DNA of 64,000 bases, taken from the NCBI GenBank assembly GCA_032718475.1, contig JAUCBJ010000073.1, positions 1 through 64,000 of the forward strand, read 5' to 3'. A model generated the notes under the pieces. The model worked only from the letters and a program-made list of their open reading frames with translations. It was not told the DNA's origin and did no database searches. Shown here one piece after another: positions 52,805 to 64,000 of this stretch. The position numbers and the translations under genes were made by a program. Position 1 is the first letter of the stretch. Each line of letters begins with the position of its first letter. This DNA is from Nemertoderma westbladi. Lineage: Eukaryota; Animalia; Xenacoelomorpha.

Positions 52805-53465
52805 GTCAAAATCACCAGCCGATCGCCTCAATGGTTGGAAGGCCCACTTTGAAAATCTCCTCAATAATGACAGGTTATTGCACTCCCAGATATTCCTATA
52901 GGCGTGGGCAGCATTGAATTGGGCTTTTCAGGATTTGGAAGTCACACAGAATTCATCGGAAACTTAAGGTCCGATTATTTAGGGCAGCAGTAGTTCCAGT
53001 TCTCCTCTATGGGAGTCCATGCTGGGCTCTAACTGCTGAGGACACCATATCTCTGGATGGCACATTCACAAGAATGCTACGCCGGGTTCATTGTGTCAAG
53101 TACAATGCACACATCTCCAACCAGACACTATATAACATTGGAGGTGTCTCATTGGTTCCACTAAGCAAGACACTAGAACATTGCCGCCTCCACTTTGCAA
53201 CATTGCTTTCGCCATGAGGACCAGCCAGTGCATAATCTTGTACTTTGGCAGCCTCATGGAATGAATAAGCATGGTGGACAGGCCATGACTTTCATGAGAC
53301 GCATCTTAAAGGACACTGGCCTTGAAGATGCGGATGATCTAGCAAATGTCATGGGTGATAGGGAGTTGTGGCGGCGCAATTTTGTCGACAAGCCGGCACA
53401 GCATTCTTAATATGTATATAATGTAACTGCAATGCAGCATGCCTATCCTAGTACAGTAGTAGTAG
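52805..53465 (+). mobile_element. RTE-like LINE remnant (linker fragment joined to the C-terminus and 3' tail)
   Basis: KSPADRLNGWKAHFENLLN, then LKVRLFRAAVVPVLLYGSPCWAL..LDGTFTRMLR and NLVLWQPHG; TAG-rich tail; same family as 14117-14368. Confidence 0.85.
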
Positions 53466-53573
53466 GTTGAAAGTGCGTGAAGTCCCGTTTAATGATTGCA
53501 AGAGTCTAGTCTAGTATTATCCTGTTAACATTTATGTTCTCGACGTACGGACTACAAAACCGTGAACTTATAT

Positions 53574-53733
53574 TTATTTTTCGTAAGGAACTGAACATTT
53601 ATTTTTCCTAAGGAACTGAACATTTATTTTTCCTAAGGAACTGAACATTTATTTTTCCTAAGGAACTGAACATTTATTTTTCCTAAGGAACTGAACATTT
53701 ATTTTTCCTAAGGAACTAAACATTTATTTTTCC
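53574..53733. repeat. 25-bp minisatellite (TAAGGAACTGAACATTTATTTTTCC)n, about 6 copies
   Basis: Directly visible. Confidence 0.95.
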
Positions 53734-55496
53734 CAATTATTTGCTTAACATCAACTACTAATTATTGTATCTATGGTATGATTGCAGTTATTTTGAGGGT
53801 GTGTACGTCTACGCATAGGTGGTGTCACGTCTTGTTATCGTAACATATTGCAATGTGTTAATTTTAAAATAAAATTTAACCTACATATATTTCATTATTG
53901 TGTATAAACAATTTTACACTCAATAATGTATCTAATTATATTCATTTTGTTATATTTGTTACAATTAGAGCTAATCTTTGCATACATGTTGGTTTCGTAT
54001 TATATACTATTATGACTCATCTAAGGTATTGTGACCCAACCCTCTTTGGGACGTGTTGTGTGCAAGTTCTGTTCACTGCTCTAAGATTACTGGATTACTT
54101 AATATATATAACAATCAACAATATTAACAGTACTTATTGGTGTGCATTAATAAGACTTCATTAATTGAGAAATCCATGTCTCTGTATTATTCTACCCAGT
54201 AGCCACCCACCCATGTATATAATAAAATAATCCACTTGCCAAGAAAGACAATAAAGCGCATAGTTTATAAGAAAGGCGTGCTATTGACAATTATAGGCTT
54301 AATTCATTTCTTGAGTTTTATTTTGGCAACTGTGCACCATGTTTTTTATTATGCCTACATCTTTTTAAGATGAGATTAATTCAAAGAAAGTCGATATAAG
54401 AATTTAGGGGGTAATTTACTTGGCAGGAAACAATAAACTTCCATACTATTTCTTTACTAATAGCATAATTTGCAAACTTTCTTAAACACACAGAGCGGTT
54501 GCATTATCAGTATTTAATAGTGTCGATTAAGGAAAATGTCATTAATTGTGAATCAGGTGATGATAAAAATGTACAAAATGTAATAAAATAACAACAATGT
54601 ATACGAATACGGCCTTTAAAAATATTTTGAAAAACTAATTTAAATTATCTTTTTATGCGATGTCAAACAAATACTGCAAACTCCATTTACCTCATTTGCG
54701 TAAGCCAGAGTTTACTCTGGCTGTGACACATAAAGCCAATAAGTAAGTTGAATTTCTTGACCATGTGATCGAACAAAAGGTTATTAAATACGTCGGCAGG
54801 TTTGCAGCTCCAGAAGCCGCCAGAAACCCTATCGGACTTTAAAATCTCCTGCTGCCATTGTTCGAATATACCGAGAATAAAAGGCTGCCCGGGGCGGGGC
54901 AGCCTTTCTTAACTCAGAAAGTCGCCCTTTGAACAACATAGAGACCTTTCATCAACTAGAACCCTACTTTCTCTCTGCATTTGTGAACGCGACGTAGTAA
55001 ACCTACACGAAAGGAAGCGGCGACTATGATACATACCGCTAACCAGTAGGATTTAGGCCTACTATGATACATACCGCTAACCAGTAGGATTTAGGCCTAC
55101 TATGAGAACCACAGGCCCCAACGAGCTAGTATTTCCTCGTTGACCCGGTAAACTGTGCCCTAATTCGAATGGGCCCTGTTGACGAATATTTCAACTCTTT
55201 CTACGTAGGAAAGCCATTGTGTGAGTATATAGGGTCGCCAATGGGGCCTTTACTCTAATTGATAATTAAAAGCGAGTTTTTGCAAATGGAATTTCAGCCC
55301 CCGTGTCCCTTCCATTTAAATCCTAACCCGAAGGTCTTAAGATATATTATTTTGTATTCAAGGAATGTAGATTATAAATCTCGGCGCGCAACCCTTAATA
55401 CGAAAATAACGCATTCCATTTGCATTATAGAGGGGTTGGAATTACTTCGGAATGCAGCCAATAAGAAAGGGCCCCATTCCACCTACAATCCTAATT

Positions 55497-55760
55497 GTTT
55501 TGTGGGGCGAGCCACGAAGTGAGTGAGCCTTAGCGTAGTGGTACCATTAATCAACCTGTCGTTCTGTCGTTCTGTCGTTCTGTCGTTCTGTCGTTCTGTC
55601 GTGTTCAATTTTAAACGTTAATAACTCGGCCAATCTTTGATGAAATCTATCCAAACTTGGTACACATGTTGTATGGCAAAAGTTTAGAAATTTTCCAAGT
55701 AGAATTTCCGTGTGGCCTTCGAGAAGCTAAGATAATAGCAGTTAATTAGTTAATTAAGTT
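55497..55760 (+). mobile_element. 5' part of a Helentron/HINE-like element
   Basis: TGTGGGGCGAGCCACGAAGT, then a (CTGTCGTT)n microsatellite, ATAACT and CCAAACTTGGTACAC; a related motif occurs in reverse orientation at about 57653-57690. Confidence 0.55.
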
Positions 55761-58700
55761 GATTACGGTAAAAACACCATTTTCAACCTGCCTTTTAAAG
55801 GAAATTAATTGTTTTACAGTATAAGACTTCAATAATTATACTTAAAAAATATACAGATGTAATCCGCATACTCCATTCTATTATAGTTTTTAATTAGTTC
55901 AAGTGATTTGCTTTAATAATCGTGTCTTTAATTGATCTAAAGTAATTAAACCGGCATAAAAAATGTATTCTCATTAAATACTGCTCATTTATTGGTTAAC
56001 ATCCAAGTTGGCTTGATTCCCAGCAACACTTGAGGTATTCAGTCAGCCTTGCTTGTAAGAGGCAGACTGCTGCTGCTGCTAGTAGCCATCCATTCACTCA
56101 CTCTCCATTGAACTGGCTGATTGGAGGTGTGTGTGTATCGGGTTCAATGACATTAATATTATTACTAAAGTAACGTCGGGATGTTAATATTCACTGGAGC
56201 TATGAGTCTCTCTGGTTAGTTGAATGAATGAAATAAATAATTGTTTTACTGTTCCGAATATCAATGTTTATTTCTGTAGGCCAACTTACTGTATTATTAT
56301 TTAATCTAAATGTACATAATAGTTTAAATAAATTATTTCACAATTTCATTCCAATTCATACTGCTTACGCAACCATGCTAATTAGGTATATTAAATGGCA
56401 GGATTGTTTTTAATTAAAATTTTTACAGAGCAAACAAGTATATTGTATTTAACTGAAAGTTAATTTATTTCGGTAAGTAGGCCTTGCGGTTTGTTAGTTT
56501 AGTTAGTATAATAAGTATCAAATATATTACGTGCTGCTGTACAGTAAACGCGGCTTTGCGTTATTGAATTACAGAATTGGCGGTACAAAGTACATTAATA
56601 GGGATCAGGCATATTGCATTTATATAATTGTTGTTGTAAATGTACAATAATATGCGCCACTAGTTTATTTTAGTAACTGCAATGTGTATTTCATTTGTAC
56701 CTGCAACCCATTAAAAAGGGCATCTGAACATATCGCGGACAGGCTGACTATTCACCATAACAAAAAAACCCAAATCGCCGCAGTTCCACTTACAGTTCCA
56801 TATTATTCTGTTTTGCAATTCAACCCAATTTATCTGCTCTCTGCTACACGCGGTTTTATCCACGAGTTTTGTAAAGTCCCGACTTATCGGGAATGACATG
56901 AACTTAGCGTCCGGAATATTCTGATCAGATTAAATCTACTTGGCGCTGTAATACTGCATCCCGTTGTACCAGAAGTTATTAAAACATACCGGCTGTTCAG
57001 CTAGTCTCAACTCCTAAATCTCTAAATCACTGCACGACTACTGTCTTCTGAGGAATTTATTTGGAACGTCGTTTTAGTGTTCGTGTGTCGCTGTTTGTTT
57101 AGGATTAATTTCGTTTATCTTTAACTTGCTACGTATATGGTCAACCGGGTTTATGTAACCTATGCTTCAACATGTAAAATTATATACGATAGACAGACAT
57201 ATAAACACTAGCTATAAAGCAATATACTAAACATATATATGGTGCGCACGATGACCTACATCCAGTAGGCCATGGCGCGCACATAGACACATCTGGCTAT
57301 GATGGAGGTTCTGAGATTTTTCACAACCCTCGATTGCAACCTACATTTACAAAAATATAGTTATTGTGAACGATGTGACGCCATTGTAAGGTTTATTATG
57401 ATTTATTATAAGTGTACAATTCATGATTTATTATGAGTGGTGTAAAACTTTGTGACACTGTAATTTTTGTGTGATGGAATCCGTGCAATGTTAAACTCTG
57501 AAATAGTCAGAATTGGAATTATCGAACCTAGAAAACTGAAATACTGTGTACTTCAAGATTTCAAGATTAAGAGACAGAATACTCAGAAAGCATGAATGTT
57601 CAAGATCAGGCAACGCGTTCATGGGGCCTCCGCGCGACACGAGACTGCATACGTACCAAGTTTGGTATAATTTCATCAATGATTGACCGCTACTAACTAG
57701 GGCTCTTTGAATTACGTATGACAATTTGTAGTTTTACAATACTCGTGTCCTTCATTAGCCTCGTTACGCTCGTCCTGTTTTGTCAGAAAATATTTTTCAT
57801 AAACGCAGACTGACGACCTTTATAACTATGCAAAGTCTCGAAACTGTGCGAGTAACTGCTGATTTATGGCAGATGGATACTCGAATCCACCCCAAAACTC
57901 GTTGCGTTCGTACTGTACAACCTGGTCACCAAATATATACCTTACAACATTCCATTATCAGTACTAATCAAAATTATATATCATCCAATATACTAAACCA
58001 TGTGGTTGACGAGTAGTGAAAACAATAATCCCTATTGAGGATTATAGTCAACACAGACTCGTCTTCATTACAACCGTCGTTGCACTCGTCCTGTACATCT
58101 GGTCACCAAAATAAATAAAATAAAACATTCCACCAACGGTACTGATCAAATTGACATATCGTCCAATATGCTAAACAAGGTTATTTACGAGAATAGTCAA
58201 CACTATATTAGATTCCTTCGTTACCCTCGTTGCGCTCGTCCTGAAGGCACCACAGAATTTCTTTTTGGAAAATTTCTAGAAAAAACCTCGTTAAAAGACT
58301 TAGTTGTCGTGTGATTTATCCTACAGCCGACCACCACGTAGGCCTACTAGGCCTACTGTACATACCGGCTGCAGCATGCAATAGACTGAAACAAGAACAT
58401 TGATACTGCAGGGCTGTAGCATGGATTGTATGATGCTCTTAAAATCTTATATACTTTCAGTTTATCAATTTGGTATGGTATTACAACCAATCAGACAGTT
58501 TTACATAGATTACAGTACACCAAATAAGATTAGCCTGTCTGATTGATGTCTACCCAATGTATTCCTATTGTACTCTGTGTGACTGGAGACTGGGCCATGG
58601 TGTTCTTTAGTACAGAACGCCATGATCTGGGCTCACGTTTTTGCCATTGCGCTACTACTTCTGCCAGTATACATGCATACATGTGTACTCTCTACTTCAC

Positions 58701-59779
58701 GTTTTGATTAGTATGCAGATTATAAGGGTAAATATTAATATTGTTGTATCCACGCAACTCAACCCACGCGTAGGTCAAGGTGAAGGTGACACCGTCAGCT
58801 CTATATCTGTCGCTCTAAGATATCCCATACATTATACGCACGCATGTGCGCTTACAGTAAGTGTCGTCGTGGAATAATATAATAGTTTCGCACGTTTTAT
58901 TTTTTCCTTTGGTAGGGTACTAATGATAAAACAAAACATGATTTAATCTACTTTCTACCAGCATGAATACAATCTCTCTTAGGTCTTTAGAATTGGTGAA
59001 TTTTCCCATGATATCACGATTCACGATTAGGCAGATAGTTAGCAATTGCCTTAAAAATAACACTAGTAACTTAATTTCATTATTGCACTACAGACTACAA
59101 TACTCATGTACAATACTCAGGTCTCTGATCTCTAAGAGTATGGCGTTCACCACAAAACGGCACTTAAACTTTCATTCCACTAACCAACAAAAATTGTAGG
59201 AAAGGAATGGAAAGTAGATTACTTGAAGCTTGTTGCCAAACTTCCTTGCCAACTGTAGTACTATTAGTCGAATCACAACCCAGTTAGGCATGGGCAGGCA
59301 ACGTGTTCTAAGGGGTGTGCAAGCTCTCTATCACACAGGTGCACTTACATTGTAGTTCTATTTGAGGCCTCGGACCTACTCTCTGATTGGCTGATCTGTT
59401 CTGGTGTGCCATTCCTGTCCCTCTTATTTCCTTATTTATTAAGAAATCGTAATCAATCGAATTCAGTGAACATCTCTGATAACTTGCCAACATTCCTTTT
59501 TACTTGTTCAGTATTGAACTCATATTTATTATTCATGTCATTGCGTAGCTTTGCTTTTTAGTCTATTTTGGTGGCAGTGAACTACGGAATTGGACAACGA
59601 TTAGCAATTATTCCTGGAATAGAAGATTATTTGGTAAGTAGTACCTTCCATCGCCCTCATATACCTAATCGCTTTATAATGCGTATTCCTACAATTACTA
59701 ACTCATCATTATTTAACAACAACTATTGTTTGCATGTACTGTAGATATATTTTTTATATAATAGTAGCCAACTTTATAA

Positions 59780-60025
59780 TATTTTATTAAGAACCCCCGG
59801 GTGAATTAATTTCCGAGTACTGTATCAGACAATATACCGGTAAATATAATATAGTAATACATTCAATTATATTAAAGTAAACTGTTTAAAAAAATATATA
59901 GAATATTTTATTAAGAACCCCCCGGGTGAATTAATTTCCGAGTACTGTATCAGACAATATACCGGTAAATATAATATAGTAATACATTCAATTATATTAA
60001 AGTAAACTGTTTAAAGAAATATATA
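59780..60025. repeat. Near-perfect two-copy tandem duplication (~125 bp)
   Basis: TTTTATTAAGAACCCCCGGGTGAATTAATTTCCGAGTACTG...AAACTGTTTAAA occurs twice. Confidence 0.93.
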
Positions 60026-60297
60026 GGATATTTCAAAATATATCCTAATTACGGGATATATTTGGAAGAGCATCTGGAATTCTGTATCAGTATTTTACAA
60101 AGGTAATTAATTGAATTTATCAGATAGTGACGCAGATTGACCGCAAGTAAAAAATTTATCTCCAGCGCAAATTTGGTCGCTTATGAAATAGAGTTTTATT
60201 ATTTATATTAAGTTGAAATAAAGTATTGTTCAGTTCAATTTAAAAAAAATACTTTGGTTAATTATTAAATTAAATTAAGTTTTTAAACGTTTAGACT

Positions 60298-61218
60298 AAA
60301 CACAAACACCTGAAATATTGTGTCGTTATTCTGGTACATGACCCCCCCCCCCCCCCCCCCCTCAAATTGTTCTACAAATCTTAATGAGATTGCATGAAAT
60401 TTGAAACAGAGATAGTCTCACCTCCCGACCACTGACTGGGTGAGCCAGCATTTTTATTTTTGCTTTCAATCTTTAGCTACAAGCGTTTAAAAAAGGTATC
60501 GCAGTCGATATTGCACCAGTTACACCGCAGTTATTCTTCAACCTTATAGTGATTTGTTGCTACTGTTAGTAAGCTGGACGTACAAGGATTCCAAAAATGT
60601 AACACAATCAGAATTTCGTGGAAAAATCGCTGAGATATGAGCGTTCTAATGTTGCATGGTTATGCACTTTGCAAGGCTATTTTATTCTATTTAATAAATG
60701 CACAATATTCTGGAACATTTTGTTTATCACCTACGTAGCTGGGCAACAATTCAATACCTCTTTTATTATACTATTACGTAGATACTCACATTCACAAACA
60801 AAATGTTCCAGAATATGTTGTATTTATTAAATAGAATAAAATATCCTTGCCCAGGTGTAAAACCATGCTACTTTTAAACCTATATCTCAGCTATTTTACG
60901 ACGAAATTCTGATTGTGTTATATATTTGGGAATTCTTGCACGGCCAGCTTTCTAAAGTTCACAACAAATCACTATAAAGTTAAAGTTGAATAATAACTGC
61001 AGTACGACGGGTGCAATATCGACGGAGCCACCTTTTTTAAACGCTTGTAGCTAAAGAATGAAAGCAAAAGAATAATTCTGGCTCGCCCAGTCAGTGGTCG
61101 GCAATTGAAACTATCCCTGTTTCAAATTCCATGTAATTTAATTAAGATTTGTAGAACAATCGGGGGGGGGGGGGATGTATATGAATAACGACACTATATT
61201 CCAGGACATGGTGTATTT
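60298..61218. mobile_element. ~920-bp foldback (almost fully palindromic) element
   Basis: Nested inverted pairs: poly-C/poly-G, TTGTTCTACAAATCTTAAT/ATTAAGATTTGTAGAACAA, CGACCACTGACTGGG/CCCAGTCAGTGGTCG, CTTTAGCTACAAGCGTTTAAAAAAGGT/ACCTTTTTTAAACGCTTGTAGCTAAAG, and ATATTCTGGAACATTTTGTTT/AAACAAAATGTTCCAGAATAT around a centre near 60760. Confidence 0.9.
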
Positions 61219-61659
61219 GCGGAGATTTTTGCGCCATTAACACTAATTTACATTATTAGCTGTCAGTATTTTACTGTAATGGATACAGAGGCCCGGCATC
61301 TTATTCAAAACTCTGAATTGTGTATTTGGTAATATTTAATTACATCAATTTAATTAAATTAGCTTAAATGTTACTTATATACGTACATTTAGCGCTATAT
61401 AAATATTATATTATTATTATTATTATTACTTTCTTGTAAATAAATAAACTAATTATAACTAAAAAATAAAAAACTAACACAAGAGTTGAAAACATTTGAA
61501 TTCAGACACTAACATCTCATTTCCTTTCTTTATAAGAACTAATAAAAATTTTATCGGTGATTTTTATTAGCCATTTTTTCATAAATTAAAGTTAAAACAT
61601 GTCTGTCAGCTGTTATTGTCAATTCCATCTGTTTTCATCTCTTTAGGATACCGGTTGCC

Positions 61660-63810
61660 ATGGAGACGGTTAGATACGAGGCGCGCGTGCGCCCTACCGG
61701 CTACTTTGTGCCCCCGACGTACGAGATAGCTTCCCGACAGGTCGGGGGGTCCTTGCTTCCCGCCCACAGCTGGTTCGATCCGCCCCCTCGTCTAGCCCCC
61801 CCTCACGACATCCCCTCCAGCAGCGAGGAATCGCCCCCCCAGCTGTCCCCCTCCACATCTGGGGAAGTCCGAGGCTCACCGGACGACCCAGGACACTATG
61901 TCCGAGGCTCACCGGACCCCGGACACTACGTCCGAGGCTCACCGGATCCCGGACACTATGTCCGAGGCTCCCCAGAGCCCGGACACCACGTCCGAGCCTC
62001 TCCGGAGCCCGGACACTACGTCCGAACATCGCCGGACCCCGGACACTACGTCCGAACCTCGCCGGACACCGGACGTGAGGGACTGTGGACCTACGAGGAC
62101 CAATTCCGATCGCTTTACGAAATATCACCGGACCCGAACCGGAAGGCGTTCCTCGACAACCTGTTCCTGTTCATGCGGAACCGCGGAACTCCTATAAGCC
62201 GAATCCCAATAATGGCGAAACAAACTCTCGATCTGTTCGAATTGTTCAACGAGGTGGTCGCGAAGGGCGGCTTGGTGGAGGTGATTAACCGTAAACTCTG
62301 GCGGGAAGTCGCCACCGCTCTCGGTCTACCGGCCTCCATCACCAGCGCAGCATTCACTCTCCGCACTCAGTACATGAAGTATTTGTATCCGTACGAGAGC
62401 GATTACCTCAAACTCAGTCATCCTCGGCAGCTGCAGGCCGCCATAGACTGCAACCGTAGGGACGGGAGACGGGCTGAGTCTGGCAACAACGGGCTGCTTA
62501 GTAACGGATCAGTGGGTCACCTTAGCAACGGATCTATGGGTCACCATAGTAACGGGTCAGCGGGTCACCATAGTAACGGGTCCGTGGGTCACCATAGTAA
62601 CGGGTCCACGCCAGTCTACCGGACTCCTCCCGTTCTGGAGGAACAGCCGCAGGACCTGTCGGTCTACCGACCGCGGACCGCCGAGGTCAGTAAACCCCCG
62701 TCCTACTCTACGGCGGTTCAGCGTCAGTCTGGTCTCCGTACCAACGGTCTCACCAACGCCGACCATCCGACAAACCCCATAGACTTCAGTCGGAACTCTC
62801 CGACGGTGACGGGGCTGGCACCGCGCAGTGTAGTGGCCACCACCGGGTGTCCGACGAACCTGCAGACAGGGTGTCCGACAAACCTGCAGACCGGGTGTCC
62901 GACAAACCTACAGACCGGGTGTCCGACAAACCTACAGACCGGGTGTCCGACAAACCTACAGACCGGGTGTCCGACAAACCTACAGACCGGGTGTCCGACA
63001 AACCTACAGACCGGGTGTCCGACAAACCTGCAGACAGGGTGTCCGACAAACCTACAGACCGGGTGTCCGACAAACCTACAGACCGGGTGTCCGACAAACC
63101 TACAGACCGGGTGTCCGACAAACCTACAGACCGGGTGTCCGACAAACCTACAGACCGGGTGTCCGACAAACCTGCAGACCGGGTGTCCGACAAACCTGCA
63201 GACCGGGTGTCCGACAAACCTACAGACCGGGTGTCCGACAAACCTACAGACCGGGTGTCCGACAAACCTACAGACCGGGTGTCCGACAAACCTACAGACC
63301 GGGTGTCCGACAAACCTACAAACAGGGTGTCCGACAGACCGTCGACGGCGTTGGTCCCCCTGGATCGACGATTCTGGAATAGAAGAGGACGCCATCTACC
63401 GAGAGCAACGGGAAATGTTAGCCAACAACTCAGGAATCCCGTTTAAAAAGAGATTGAGCTACTCCGCGCAGCAGGGGAAAGTTGTGGTGAGTCGGTCTGG
63501 GGGTGCCGACAGCAGACTCTCAGATAGTAGACATATGGATGACAGACACACAAATAGCAGAGACCCACAAGATACCGACACCAACGCGAAACCCCCAATG
63601 GCCTTCCAGCAATCCCGAATGAGTATCCAGCCAATCACAGACAAGCTATCCCCCTTCGCCACGCCTCTTGCGATGACAGTGGAACTCACCGGAACTATTT
63701 ACTCTGGGGTTTTGTATCCGGTCGCCTTGACTCCAATGACTCCAGCCACTCCCATCAACTCGACCCCTATAGATACATTCGCTAATGGCTTGAAATGCCA
63801 CCCTTACTGA
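61660..63810 (+). CDS. ARID3: ARID3/dead ringer (retained)-family AT-rich interaction domain transcription factor, 716 aa
   Basis: Extended ARID (FLDNLFLFMRNRGTPISRIPIMAKQTLDLFELF..KGGLVEVINRKLWREV..LPASITSAAFTLRTQYMKYLYPYE..LQAAID.NRRDGRR); REKLES-beta-like MTVELTGTIYSGVLY; GCCATGG start; acceptor TCTTTAG 13 nt upstream; AATAAA at about 63843. Confidence 0.95.
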   Translation: METVRYEARVRPTGYFVPPTYEIASRQVGGSLLPAHSWFDPPPRLAPPHDIPSSSEESPPQLSPSTSGEVRGSPDDPGHYVRGSPDPGHYVRGSPDPGHYVRGSPEPGHHVRASPEPGHYVRTSPDPGHYVRTSPDTGREGLWTYEDQFRSLYEISPDPNRKAFLDNLFLFMRNRGTPISRIPIMAKQTLDLFELFNEVVAKGGLVEVINRKLWREVATALGLPASITSAAFTLRTQYMKYLYPYESDYLKLSHPRQLQAAIDCNRRDGRRAESGNNGLLSNGSVGHLSNGSMGHHSNGSAGHHSNGSVGHHSNGSTPVYRTPPVLEEQPQDLSVYRPRTAEVSKPPSYSTAVQRQSGLRTNGLTNADHPTNPIDFSRNSPTVTGLAPRSVVATTGCPTNLQTGCPTNLQTGCPTNLQTGCPTNLQTGCPTNLQTGCPTNLQTGCPTNLQTGCPTNLQTGCPTNLQTGCPTNLQTGCPTNLQTGCPTNLQTGCPTNLQTGCPTNLQTGCPTNLQTGCPTNLQTGCPTNLQTGCPTNLQTGCPTNLQTGCPTNLQTGCPTDRRRRWSPWIDDSGIEEDAIYREQREMLANNSGIPFKKRLSYSAQQGKVVVSRSGGADSRLSDSRHMDDRHTNSRDPQDTDTNAKPPMAFQQSRMSIQPITDKLSPFATPLAMTVELTGTIYSGVLYPVALTPMTPATPINSTPIDTFANGLKCHPY
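62842..63336 (+). repeat. Coding 24-bp minisatellite, about 20 x TGCPTNLQ, within ARID3
   Basis: ACCGGGTGTCCGACAAACCTACAG tandem copies, in frame. Confidence 0.97.
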
Positions 63811-63949
63811 CTGACTCACTCAGTAGTTGATTCCATAAAATGAATAAATTATTTATGATTATTAGTTTTTACTCGATATAACTTAATTTAAAAAAAAATG
63901 TTAAAAACATTTTAGCAGCACCTGAGTAACCTTATTGACTAACCGACTC

Positions 63950-64000
63950 TCTCACTCACTCACTCACTCACTCACTCACTCACTCACTCACTCACTCACT
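63950..64000. repeat. (CACT)n microsatellite running off the window end
   Basis: Directly visible. Confidence 0.97.

Noticed and set aside
54880-54910. Rho-independent terminator-like hairpin (AAAGGCTGCCC...GGGCAGCCTTT)
   Set aside because: Eukaryotic context with no upstream gene; more likely a repeat-element hairpin.
61694-63689. Overlapping alternative-frame and antisense ORFs within ARID3
   Set aside because: Explained by GC-rich codons and the 24/30-bp repeats of the ARID3 frame.

Overview
Eukaryotic (invertebrate-like, AT-rich, spliceosomal introns) genomic DNA dominated by transposons and tandem repeats. Host genes, all on the + strand: (1) the last five coding exons of a KDM1B/LSD2-type FAD-dependent histone demethylase (8737-32663; upstream exons not found in the window), (2) a small two-exon gene of unknown function (38204-40140), and (3) an ARID3/dead ringer-family transcription factor with an uninterrupted CDS carrying coding minisatellites (61660-63810). 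Mobile elements include an RT-deleted BEL/Pao LTR element, an IS3EU-like element with a 6-bp TSD, an RTE-like LINE with a nested LINE fragment, a defective P element with perfect 71-bp TIRs, several MITE/foldback elements and Helentron-like elements. The most striking feature is the 14.8-kb last intron of KDM1B. It is almost entirely about 330 tandem copies of a 42-bp unit that reproduces the gene's own 3' splice site (CTAAC branch motif, T-rich tract, CAG, first exon bases), so the genuine acceptor is simply the last unit. A second, unrelated ~60-bp array ends exactly at another KDM1B acceptor. All assignments come from reading the sequence by eye and recalled family motifs; no searches were run, and copy numbers are length-based estimates.
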